Source: Chrysomallon squamiferum
Lineage: Eukaryota; Animalia; Mollusca
DNA length: 64,000 bases
Direction of reading: 5' to 3'
NCBI GenBank assembly: GCA_012295275.1
Contig: CM022670.1
Coordinates: 33,852,001 to 33,916,000, forward strand
Numbering within the stretch: the first letter of the stretch is position 1; every line of letters starts with the position of its first letter. The notes beneath the pieces are model-generated. The model was not told the DNA's origin, ran no database searches, and saw only the letters and a program-made list of their open reading frames with translations. The translations under genes were made by a program, and so were the position numbers. Shown in pieces: positions 51,700-64,000 of this stretch.

Positions 51700-54600
51700 T
51701 TTCTTTTATAGTATATTTAATGGGAAAATGTTCTTATTTTCATACTTTTATTGATGTTTAACACTTAAATCTTTAATTGTAATAAAGAGTTTTATATACA
51801 TAAAATGTTTATTTATTTATAGTCTTTGATGCTTGGTTTAAAAAAAAATAGTTCAGTAAGAGGCAGGTAATTTTTTATTTCTTTTCCCTAACAGTATTTG
51901 TGCTGAAATTATGTAGCATCATTCTATTTTTATTATATTTTGTTCTCTTTTATTATTTTTTATTAGTATTTATTAGTTGTTTTTGTTTTCTTCTGTATTT
52001 TGCTACTATTTAACAAAAAGTTTCTTTTCTTTTTTGTACTTCACTACAAAGTATCATTTGATTAATAAACATGTTTTACTTATTCGTAGTTGTTAATTTT
52101 AAAAATTTAATTCTTTGCTGAGAGTTTCACATATTCTTTCTATATTGTTCCAGATATTGTTTATCTAAAGATGTAATATGTCTAAATTCTCTTAAATGAC
52201 TTAATAATTCTTTAATTTTAAGTAAGGTTTGTTTGGAAATGTTCATTTTCATGTTAATTTACTCATTAAGCCCATTAATAAGAACTGATGATATATTTGT
52301 TTAGCTCATATCCTAAAGTTGTTACCCTATTGGTTACTTCTGTTTATAATCAGTGCCCGAGAACTGATGTATGAAAACCATGACACCTTTTATGTTTATG
52401 AGAAGGTACACATAAAATATTTGTTCTTGCTAAATATCTATTTGTCAAGAATTTAATCAGTTATAGTTTTGTTATATTTTTGTTTTAATAAACATTAAAA
52501 ATAAAAATAAGTTAAAAACAAAATATTTTATTTATATGGAAACACTAATTTAGATTAACCAGTTTATTAATTATTTAACTGTTTATCAGAATAAAGTGCC
52601 TAAAAATATGAATTTTAACACAGGAATCAAAATAAAGCGCCTTGTTATACAAGATGCATTATCTCTCTGTTTTTCTCCTTCTATCTGTTTACGTTATTTT
52701 TCATTATTTATTAATATTAAATGATTTTATTTTTAAAATATTTACTGCAGTGAAGTAATTAATTGTAAGCCAAATTTTGCAGTATCCAAATGTATACTTA
52801 TCTCTCTATCTGTATGTAACAGTACACACATAGAGTGTAAGAACTGCTTCCATAGCCACCTCTAGCAGCCATTTTATATTTTATTATGGGTTTGAACTCT
52901 ATGCCATCTAGTTGTGAGTGGTTTCTTGAGTGGTCATCACTGACAGGCTTGATCTGTGTATGAAAAAAATAAATTTTGTAACGGTAGTTAGTTTTAGGTA
53001 TAACCACCTATCACAGATTCTGTCAGCGTCTGGAACAGGAAATTACTCCAGTGAGAGCACCAGGGAGTATTTGTAATATTAAAATATGCCACACAAATTC
53101 TGTCGATTCATTCCGAATTCCAGCTTTATCACTCTTTGTTGGCATTTAGGAAATGTTTTATCTGGTTTTTTTAAACAAGATTTTATGGATTTTCAGAAGA
53201 TGATGGTGACAGAGTACAGAGTGGTTTTAAATCCAAGAAGAAACAGAATGCTGGAATCTCTCAAGGAGAAGCACAGCAAGAGAAAGCTGACGAAAAACAG
53301 TCGGGTGTGTGTGTTTTTAAATTTTACTTTATTTAAATAATCATAGACACACATAAATTAATTTTAATAAAGTTTAGTCGGTAATGGTTATAAAAAATAA
53401 AAACATCTGTATGTTTACTTTATTGGAAGTCTGTTATTTTATGACATAATTAAATGACAGATTGTTTTGTTCACTTAATCTGGAGCAAGGTTGTACTTAC
53501 AGCTTCTTCTATTAAAACAAATTTAAATTGAACATCAGTTGTCTTACATAATGTACACAAAAAATAAAACAAAAATTAAATAATAATAATAATAATGATA
53601 AATATTGGGTTGGAACAAAAGTTCATAACATTTTTTAACTGATATTCAAAGATAATATATAGTTTTGCACACACATTTATTCAACCACATATATGTTCAT
53701 TTTTCAGAATATATTCCAGTTATGTCTGAACTGTAATCACAGACTCGAAAGCCACCTATTCAAAAAACACTACAGAGGTTTTTGTTCCAGCCCGATAAAT
53801 CAAAAAACATTTAAAAACTAGTCTGAACGTTATTTGTTTTTACTTTGCACTGCAGAAATAAAATTAGTCTGAATATTATTTGTTGTTTTACGCTGGAAAA
53901 AATAAAAGACTAAACAGTATTTTTTCTTCAAATGTTCTTTCAGTTGTGACTGACTTAACAGTAAGCCAGCTAACAGATCTACTGAAAAACGAATAAATTT
54001 ATGGATGCAACCATTACGAAAATTGAAGAAAGACATACTGATGGGAAAATTCTTAAAGACATAGTGCAGAATGAAGAAGCACTGGATACGGTTGTGATGC
54101 GGTTGACAAAATCAGACTGAAAGCATTATTCCATAAGAAATGATTTCTTTTACCTGGCTTGAACACTGAAATAACCCAAAAGACTTTTTGTTTGTTTGTT
54201 TTTTCTATCTTTTTTTTTTTCTTTTTCTCATTAATATGCAATACTAATGTATTTAGCTTTTTTATTCTATAAATTAATAAATTATAAAATTTATCAGTAT
54301 TTGTTTTTATATATTTTATTCACTACTCTATATGAATTTTAATGTGTGCATAATATTAAAAATTAAAACTGTAATTTTGTAAATTATATATTTATATTAT
54401 TACTAAAAGGAAATATTTCAATAAAGTTTGTTATATTTTGTAGCTTAGACTAAAACAAAGATTGAAATATAATACATCATTGTGCTATTTTGTTTTATAG
54501 TATATTTAATGGGAAAATGTTATTTTTTATATAATTTTATTGATATCTAAACTAAAATCTGTCATTTTAATAAAGAGTTATCTATATACATAAAATGTTT

Positions 54601-54791
54601 GTTTTGATTGCTTTTTTCGTTAAATGCATTACTGCACTATATATTTCGAATTGATAAGTGCATATAATAAAAATTTAAAATTAAATTTATAAAGTTAATT
54701 TTCAAAACCTATTAGATTTACAATCAGTTTAATACCTTAAACTTAAAAAGTGTTCATACCACAAAGTGTACTCTGAAGAATGTATATTAAA

Positions 54792-54831
<40 letters not shown>

Positions 54832-57606
54832 AAAAAACAAATTTAGAAGCATTGAGATTCACAGTAAACTCTATACATTTAAGAATTGTAAAGTGTAGAT
54901 ACGACACACTCTACTTTGAAGACTATATGATTTAAAAAAAACAAAAAAAACAAAACAAAACAAACAAGAAACCCCACAATAATAATAATAATAATTATCA
55001 GTTATAGTTTTGTTACCATTATCTTTTAATCAATATTAAAAATAAAAATAAAGTAGAAACATAACAATTTATTTATGTAAACACTAATTTAAATTAAACA
55101 GTTTATTAATTTTTTAATTCCTGATCAGAAAAAAAAACTGCCTAAAAATATGAAAGGACATTACATTTAACACAGGGATCTAAATAAAGTATCATGTTAC
55201 ACAAGATGAATTATTATTATTTTTATTTTTCTTGTAATTGTTTTTGTTATTTGTAAGCACAAAAAGCTAAATAACATACCGGAAGAAAATTTTAAAACCA
55301 TTTACAGTTTCTGCGAAAACCTCCGAGTAATTTATTCGTTCTTTTCCGTGATGTTGGTTTCCAAAAATAATATTAAACTGAAACTAGAAACTTTTTTCAC
55401 TTTCATATTCTTTCCGATGAAGAAAAGATGTGAAATAAGTGATTGATCTGACAAGCCAAAGTGAGCTAAGTCTGTTTTATATCTCTTCTGACAAGAACAA
55501 AGGAGAACAAACAACTCATTAGACATTGTTATATGTATCTATGTTAGCGATTACTTGAACAATTTCGATGTAGTCGATCTGTTTATATAATTTCCGCATT
55601 CATTTTTTTGTATTGATATTACCATATTATTTATACACGTAAAAGAGATATTAACTTTAAATATTGTTGCAAAATATTTGGAGCAATGCCAATCAGATTC
55701 TCATTTCTTATTTCATTTAGCGGTGCAAAGATTTAATCAAAATGATGCTGCAAAACATAAATAATTATATATAACGTATTGAATTATTTCAGATATTAAT
55801 AAATAAATGCTAATGGTGTGAATAAATCAATGAACTGAGGTAATATTTTGTTTGAATATACGAATGTTTCAAGGAATGAAATTTAATCTGAAGAATATTG
55901 TTGAAGGTGACATTTCCTATATTTTGTTTAATGGTAGGGGATTATATACCATGTTCAAATTAATTTCCACTTGGTGCTCATCCTGTTTAATTGGTAATAT
56001 GAATAAAATATTTTTGTATTTAATCAGTTTTTTTTAAAAACTGAAACCAAGTCTGATAACTTTGTGAGACCATGTGAAAGAGATATTTTTGAAGAAAATG
56101 TGAACCAGTTAGAATCAAATACGAGTCATTTCATCAGATTACACCTAATCAAATTTTAAAAGTCAGTGGAGAATACACATAGTTAAATAAACACTTTCTT
56201 CATGATTTATTAAAATTATTATTATTTTCTTAAATTATGTACATTTTTACATTAATTTTAAGACTGAATATTTCGAAAATATTCATATATTTAGGTTTGT
56301 TTTCTTGACTGGATATTTTAGCCATAATTTCACAGTGTAAAGTTCTCCTTAGCAGTCATATTGTATTTTCTTAAATTTAAATTTTGATGTTAACAAATTT
56401 CCTTACTTTAGAAAAAAGCAACAACAGAAACAAAAATACATAAACTGAAAAAAAACAAAAAACAAATGAACTTATATAACTTAACAGCAAGTTCAACTGA
56501 AATACACCTTTTAATAAAGATAGAGATAAAGAATTATGCAAGCCTAATTGATTGTAAATGGAGAATTTAAGGTATGAGTATAATAAAATTTTTAAACAAA
56601 ATGGTTGACATCAGGTGAAATGTGTTTTTTCTTTATTTCTACATTGCAGAAAACATATCACTGGCAAAACTGGCAAGTCAGATAATTGACATATTTAAAT
56701 GAACTGTTTATTTTCAAAGAGAAAAATATAAAACGAACTAACGACACATACTAGATGGAGCCAGAACAGAAAGACATGAGTAAATTAACTGGGGTTCAAG
56801 AAAGTAAGTAAAATAAATTGAATTTATTATTTTTTTTTTTTTTTATTTATTAATTACTTTTTGTATGTTTGTACAAAATATTTATACAGAATAAACAATG
56901 ATAGTTTGGTTTCTTTGTTTTTTGTTTTTGTTTTTATTTATTTATTTTTTTTTAGTTTTGATCGTGCATCCTAAAATAATAAAAAAATTTGGAAATACTC
57001 TTAACTGCCTTATCTAAATTCATCTGCACTGTTTTTTCATTGTTTGGCTTTTGGTTTGTTTTTATTTTCTTTATTTCTTCTAACTTTTAATTTCTTCTTT
57101 TTTTGTTTTTATCTTGTAGATTATATGTGCTTTTGTGATTTTTTATGTCTATCTAAATACATACACATACAGACAAACAGACAGAAAGAGATTGATCCTG
57201 TATTGGTCCAAAAGTGGCCACTTAAAGCCATCAAAAGAATCAAACGAAAAGGTTTAAACCTTATTTAAATCTTTCCCCCTGTTATTACAAAGTGATGAAC
57301 CATTGCTGTATGTATGTATATGTGTGTATATGTTTGTTTGCGTGTGTGTGTGATACCAAGACTAAAACAATTCAGTTTTGTTTTCTGGTTGTAGCACAAA
57401 ATGTGGGTGGATCATCAGGTCTGGTTGTACCAACTGCTTCCAGCCATATATCTCTTTCTGAAGAAGCTGAGAAAGATGATGATCAAGCACAACCCTGCAC
57501 TGATCAGTCAAATAAGTTAGAGGAACAATGTGAAACAAGTAAAAAAATAATAAAGTTTATGTTCTTATGGTCTGTATTTAATACTTTGTTTTCAAGTGTT
57601 GTTGTT

Positions 57607-57641
<35 letters not shown>

Positions 57642-58745
57642 TGCATAGTTTATATTATGAACTTCATTCAGAAAAAGAAGATATGTTTATTTTCTTCTAG
57701 GTCATACCAGACCATTACGCATTTCTATTAACTGAACGGTTGCATATTTAATCAATAAAATAATTTGTTGAATACTGGCAAAGCATATTTTATATGACTT
57801 CCGACTTACAGGAATGTACATACCAAAGCTTCCTACAGGCAAGCCAGTGCTAGTTTATAATATGTTTTTTTTTATGTTAAAATTCATTGTTAATTTGTTG
57901 AAACTCTTTTTTCTATTATAAGCAAATTTTACATTAATTATTATGTATATTATCTATCTTTATATAAAACACACACAGAATAAGAATTGCTTTCATGGCC
58001 ACTCTGTCTGACAGCCTCCTGCCTATAACAGCCATATTGTATTTTATTATGGGTTTGAACTCTATGCCATCAAGTTCTGAGTACTTCCTTGAGTGGCCAT
58101 CACTGACAGGCTTGATCTGTGTATGAAAAATAAGTTTTATAATGGTAGTTAGTTTTAGGTATAAGCCACCTACCACAAATTCTGTCAGGGTCTGGAACAG
58201 GAAATTACTCCAGTGAGAGCACCAAGGAGTATTTGTCATATTTAATTATGCCACACAAATTCTGTCTATTCATTCCGAATTCCAGTTTTATCACTCTTTG
58301 TTTGTTGGCATTTATTAAATGTTTTTATCTGTTCCTTTTAAACAAGATTTTATGGATTTTCAGAGGATGATGGTGACAGAGTACAGAGTGATTTTAAATC
58401 CAAGAAGAAACAGAATGCTGGAATCTCTCAAGGAGACGCACAGCAAGAGAAAGCTGACGAAAAACAGTCGGGTGTGTGTGTTTTTAAATTTTACTTTATT
58501 TAAAAAATCATAGGCACACATAAAATCATTTTAATAAAGTTTACTCGGTAATGTTTTGAAAAACAAACACATCTGTATGTTTACTTTTCTTGGAAGTTTG
58601 TTATTGTCTGACATAATTAAATGACAGATTGTTTTGTTCACTTTATCTGGAGCAAGGTTATACTTACAGCTTGTAATATTAAAACAAAATTAATTTGAAC
58701 ATCAGTTTTCTTAAATAATGTATATAAAAAATAAAACAAAAATTA

Positions 58746-58789
<44 letters not shown>

Positions 58790-59200
58790 TTGGGTTGGAA
58801 CTAAACATTTTAAAATTGTTTTTAACTGAAGAACAATATATAGTTTTGCACACAGATTTATTCAACCACATATGTGTTCATTTTTCAGAATATATTCCAG
58901 TCATGTCTGAAATTTAATCACATACTCCAAAGCCACCTATTGTAAAATAACATTACAGTCTTTTTGTTCCAATCTGATAAATTAAAAAAACATTTAAAAT
59001 TTAGTCTGATCATTATTTGTTTTTAATTTACGCTGCAAAAATATAATTAGTCTGAATATTATTTATTGTTATATCCTGGGAAAAAATAATAGACAAAACA
59101 CTATTTCAAAAGAAAAGCAAATAAAAAATACAATTATATATTTTAAAAGTACGGGTATTTTCATTCATTTTTAAACTTAATTTATTATTATGAAATTAAA
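51700..59200 (+). repeat. Large direct segmental duplication of ~16917-24400
   Basis: Same order of pseudogene, upstream block, exons 1-2, exon 3-4 deletion and exon 5, with near-identical sequence. Confidence 0.93.
53197..54143 (+). pseudogene. 5'-truncated pseudogene, second copy
   Basis: Exon 5 (53197-53304) is intact. The SAM exon from 53944 has the same AAC GAA TAA lesion as the 19155 copy, and exons 1-4 are missing. Confidence 0.8.
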
Positions 59201-60624
59201 AGCACTATCCACATAGTCGACACAATACAGATATTTATATGTCCTTAAATTTTGAAAATCTTAATTCTTTTCAAGATTATCACGTATTTAAAAAATCTGT
59301 TGCTAGGACTCTTGAGTCATGGCTTGAAGTCTGGAGTCAGCTCTTCCAGCTTGGTTTGCTTCTTCTTCTTTTGGCTAGCTTTTTCTCCTTGAGTTCTTCC
59401 TTTTTCTAACATCTACTTGAACACTTTGACATAAAACATTAACTGAAATTACTGAGTTTAGTTCGTGGGTCATTGAAGTGAAGGTCAACATTAAGTTTAT
59501 TATATTACAAAATCATTTATTCCACTGGGATTATTTCAGTATCTTATCACTCTTATTTAAAAAAGAAAAGCTTTGTTAACTCTGTTGGAGATATAATCCA
59601 AAAAAAAAAGGTAACATCTTTTATTTTGTTGTCTTTAGTGAACCAATACATACTTTCATTTATATCCCTTCATTTATATCCTTTCATTAATAAATTATTT
59701 AATATTAATGTAGAAGAAGGACCGGTATGTGATGCTGGAGAGGACACTGGTGAAAGAGCAATGAGATTCGAGAATTGTACGGGAGTGGTTGCTGCAGGCG
59801 TTCAATGTTCCAACAATACAATTAATATGGGTTTGAACATTATTTCTATTGAATAAATGGTTGCATCTTTAATCAATAACATGCTTTTAATGATTTTCAG
59901 CAAGGGATATTTTACATGTGTCTTCCCACTTGACAGGAATGTACAAACCAGAGCTTTTTAAAGACAAGCCAGCGCTGTGTTTTAATCTGTGTTTTAACAG
60001 TAACATTCATTACTAATTTGTTTTTTTTGATGGTTTTTTAAGTAAATTTATTGATTAATTATTAATATTAAATGATTTTATTCTTAAAAGTTTTACTGCA
60101 GTTAACTGATTAGTTAATAGCCAAATTCATATTATTCAGATGTATACTTATCTATCTATCTGTATATGACATACACCTATACAACCATACACACACAGTC
60201 AGACTTGTCCTGGCCATCTTCTCCTGCCTATAACAGCCATATTGTATTTTATTATGGGTTTTAGCTCTATGGCATCCACTTATGAGTGGTTCCTTGAGTG
60301 GCCATTACTGACAGGCTTTATCTGTGTATGAAAAATAAGTTTTATAATGGAAGTTAGTTTTAGGTATAAACCACCTATCACAGATTCTGTCAGTGTCTGG
60401 AACAGGAAATTAGTTCAGTGGGAACACCAGGGAGTATTTGTAATATTAAAATATGCCACACAAGTTCAGTTGATTCATTCCAAATTCCAGCTTTATCACT
60501 CTTTATTTGTTGGCATTTAGTAGATGTTTCATCTGTTCCTTTTAAACAAAATTTTGTGGATTTTCAGGACATTTTCAGGACAAAGAAGAAGCAAAACAAC
60601 AGAAAGCTCACGAAAAGCAGTCGG
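56755..60624 (+). CDS. Copy H: paralog with RHIM-like exon; terminal SAM exon not cleanly assembled
   Basis: Exons 56755-56803, 57395-57538, 58364-58471, 59714-59830 (…ERAMRFENCTGVVAAGVQCSNNTINM) and 60568-60624 are all open. Intron 5 breaks at ~61100 into indel-rich sequence whose SAM exon (~62113-62322) is frameshifted. Confidence 0.6.
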
Positions 60625-61539
60625 GTGTGGTTTTTTTAAATTTTATTTTATTTCAATAAATATATGCATACATAAATTCATTTTAATAATATTTTACTGG
60701 ATAATGTTTTAAAAAATCAGCATTTGTGTATGTTTACATTTTTCGAAGTTTGACATAATTGAATGACAGATTGTTTCTTAATCTGAAGACATGTTGTAAT
60801 GATAATAATAATTGGGTTGGCATAAAAGTTCATAGCATTTTTTAACTAAAATTGAAAGACAATATATAGTTTTCCACATAGATTTATTCAGTCACATATA
60901 TACTGATTTGTTCATACTTCAGAATATATTCCAGTCATGTCAGAAATGTGATCACATGGTCTAAAGTGGCCTATTGAAAAAACACTACAGGCCTTTTTGT
61001 TCCAACCCAATGAATTAAAAAACATTTAAAAATTAGTCTGAACATTACTTCTTTTTACTTTGGACAGCAAAAATATAATTAGTGTGAATATTATTTATTT
61101 TAACGGTAAAATTAATTACAAATTTATTGAATGTTTTGGGGTTATTTTTGAAGTAAAATTTATTGATTAATTATTAAATTAAATGATTTTATTCTTTTCC
61201 TGCCTTATGTTTTCATATTGCATTTTATTATGGGGATTTCAACTCATGCTTTCCAGTCTTGAATTGTTCCTTTGAGTGGCCATTACTGATGGGCTTTATC
61301 TGTGTATGAAAAATAAGTTTTATAAATGGAAGGTTTTAGGTATAAACCACTCCACAGATTCTGTTTCAGCGTCTGAACAGGAAATTAGTTCAGTGGGGAA
61401 CATCCAGGGAGACATTTGTATTTAAAATATGCACACAAGTTCAGTTGATTCATTCCCAAATTCCAGCTTTATCACTTTTTATTTGTTGGCATTTAGTAGA
61501 TGTTTCATCTGTTCCTTTTAAACAAGATTTTGTGGATTT

Positions 61540-62322
61540 TCAGAATGGTGGAAGCCAGGAGGAGAAGTAAAGTGAAAGCCTAATGAATCGCAATCAGTGT
61601 GTTTTTTTAATTTTATTTTATTTCAAAAATATATGCATACATAAATTCATTTTAATAATATTTTACTGATAATCAACATATGCATGTTACATTTTTCGAA
61701 GTTTGTCATAACTGAATGACAGGTTGTTTCTTAATCTGAAGACATAATAATAATAATAATTGGGTTGGTACAAAGTTCATAGCATTTTAAAACTAAATTC
61801 AAAGACAATATATAGTTTTCCACATAGATTTATTCAGTCACATATATGCTGATTTGTTCATACTTCAGAATATATTCCAGTCAAGTCAGAAATGATCACA
61901 TTGTCTCAAAGGGCCTATTGAAAAAAAACACTGCAGACCTTTTGTTCCAACCCAATGAATTAAAAAAAACATTTAAAATTAGTCTGAAGATTTCTTTTTT
62001 TACTTTTGGGACAAAGCAAAAACATAATTAGTGAATATTATTTATTGTTTTATAGTGGAAAAAAAAATAACAGACTAAACAGTATTTTTTTTCTTCAAAT
62101 GTTCTTTTTCAGTTGTGACTGAATTTTAATAGGTAAGCCAGCCAATTGATCTACTGAAAGAACATATGTTTATAGATACAACCATAACGAAATTGAAGAG
62201 AGAGGTATTGATGGAAATACTTGAAACTCATAGTGCAGGATGAAAAGCACCGGAGTGGAAATAACTTGGATGCCATTGAAAATCAAACTGAAAGCATTAG
62301 TTGATAAAAAAAAATAAATTAA
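61540..62322 (+). pseudogene. Indel-ridden exon 5 + SAM exon (probably uncorrected sequence copy of 27687-28477)
   Basis: Collinear with the 3' end of copy C but with many 1-2 nt indels, often in homopolymers, close to a scaffold gap. Confidence 0.5.
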
Positions 62323-63100
62323 CAGAAGGTAATATGTAATCAGAAAATTCCCTGGCTGGAACTCTGAAATAACCCAAAAGACTTTATTCTTTTTTTTTTA
62401 TACATATAAAACGATATCGTATTAACATTTTACTGATAAATAAACAATTATACGTTTTATAATTTTGTTCATCAATGTACATGAATTTTAACTGGAGTCT
62501 ATAATATTAATAATTAAAAACTGATATTTTACTGTATATTATATAATACAAAGGCAAGTATTTAACAAAGGTATTGTATTTATAGCTAATGTGTTTCCAA
62601 AGATTGAACCTAAATACAACACATAATATATACAGTATCACTTTCTGTGCAGGACATATAATTTGTGACTGTGTTATTTTGTTTAATAGTATATTTAATG
62701 GAAAATGTTATTTTTCATACTTATTGATGTTTACCAGTAAAGACATATTAATGGAAACTTTCTTAAAGAGATAAAAGCAAAATGAAAGCAGTTCTTTTAC
62801 CTACTGGAACCTCGAATTAACCCAAAAACTTTTTGTTTGTTTGTTTTATTTTGTATTTTCATAGTATGCAACACTAATGTATTTAGCTTTTATTTTATAA
62901 ATTAATAATTATAATGCTTTGTATTTATTTATATATTTATTCACTACTTATATGAATTTTAAGTGTGCATAATATTAAAATTAAAACTGTGATTTTAAAA
63001 AAATATATATTTATAATGTTACTAAAAGGAAATATTTAAATAAAATTTGTTATATTTTGTAGATTAGACTAAAACAAAGATTGAAATATAATACATCATT

Positions 63101-63300
63101 NNNNNNNNNNNNNNNNNNNNNNNNNNNNNNNNNNNNNNNNNNNNNNNNNNNNNNNNNNNNNNNNNNNNNNNNNNNNNNNNNNNNNNNNNNNNNNNNNNNN
63201 NNNNNNNNNNNNNNNNNNNNNNNNNNNNNNNNNNNNNNNNNNNNNNNNNNNNNNNNNNNNNNNNNNNNNNNNNNNNNNNNNNNNNNNNNNNNNNNNNNNN
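63101..63300. other. Assembly gap (200 N); orientation flips again
   Basis: Run of exactly 200 N. Confidence 0.99.
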
Positions 63301-63652
63301 AAATATATAATTGTATTTTCATTTGCTTTTCTTTGAAATAGTGTTTTATCTATTATTTTTCCCAGGATATAACAATAAATAATATTCAGACTAATTATAT
63401 TTTTTGCAGCGTAAATTAAAAACAAATAATGATCAGACTAAATTTTTAAATGTTTTTTAATTTATCAGATTGGAACAAAAAAGACTGTAATGTTATTTTA
63501 CAATAGGTGGCTTTGGAGTATGTGATTACATTTCAGACATGACTGGAATATATTCTGAAAATGAACACATATGTGGTTGAATAAATCTGTGTGCAAAACT
63601 ATATATTGTTCTTCAGTTAAAAACAATTTTAAAATGTTTAGTTCCAACCCAA

Positions 63653-63687
<35 letters not shown>

Positions 63688-64000
63688 TATTTTTTGTTTT
63701 ATTTTTTATATACATTATTTAAGAAAACTGATGTTCAAATTAATTTTGTTTTAATATTACAAGCTGTAAGTATAACCTTGCTCCAGATAAAGTGAACAAA
63801 ACAATCTGTCATTTAATTATGTCAGACAATAACAAACTTCCAAGAAAAGTAAACATACAGATGTGTTTGTTTTCAAAACATTACCGAGTAAACTTTTATT
63901 AAATGATTTTTATGTGTGCCTATGATTTTTTAAATAAAGTAAAATTTAAAAACACACACACCCGACTGTTTTTCGTCAGCTTTCTCTTGCTGTGCGTCTC
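63301..64000 (-). repeat. Inverted fragment of the exon 5/intron 5 cassette (matches ~25700-26400 and 2361-3070)
   Basis: ORF 63571+ is identical to ORF 25905-. The window ends inside an exon 5 copy on the minus strand. Confidence 0.9.

Overview
Very AT-rich, microsatellite-rich eukaryotic (animal-like) genomic DNA with canonical GT-AG introns and two 200-N scaffold gaps (16717-16916, 63101-63300). Almost the whole window is a tandem and inverted cluster of one spliced gene family that the unspliced ORF track largely misses. By-eye exon reconstruction gives 8 ATG-bearing copies (A and B on minus; C, D, E, F, G and H on plus) plus 2 truncated pseudogenes. The most complete copy (G, 48121-51317, 6 coding exons, 254 aa) encodes an acidic, probably disordered N-terminus, a single-exon RHIM-like beta-motif (e.g. 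INCKGVVAAGGQCSNNTIII in copy A), a charged linker and a C-terminal SAM-like domain. All coding introns are phase 1, so copies differ by in-frame exon loss or duplication: 0, 1 or 2 motif exons, including two SAM-only minigenes. The motif exon is hypervariable between copies whose flanking introns look identical. Each ATG-bearing copy has an upstream block with GAS- and ISRE/IRF-like motifs. The working hypothesis is a rapidly diversifying innate-immune or allorecognition-type polymerising adaptor family. Domain names and function are inference from motif recognition, with no database search. Part of the redundancy may be haplotig or assembly artefact.
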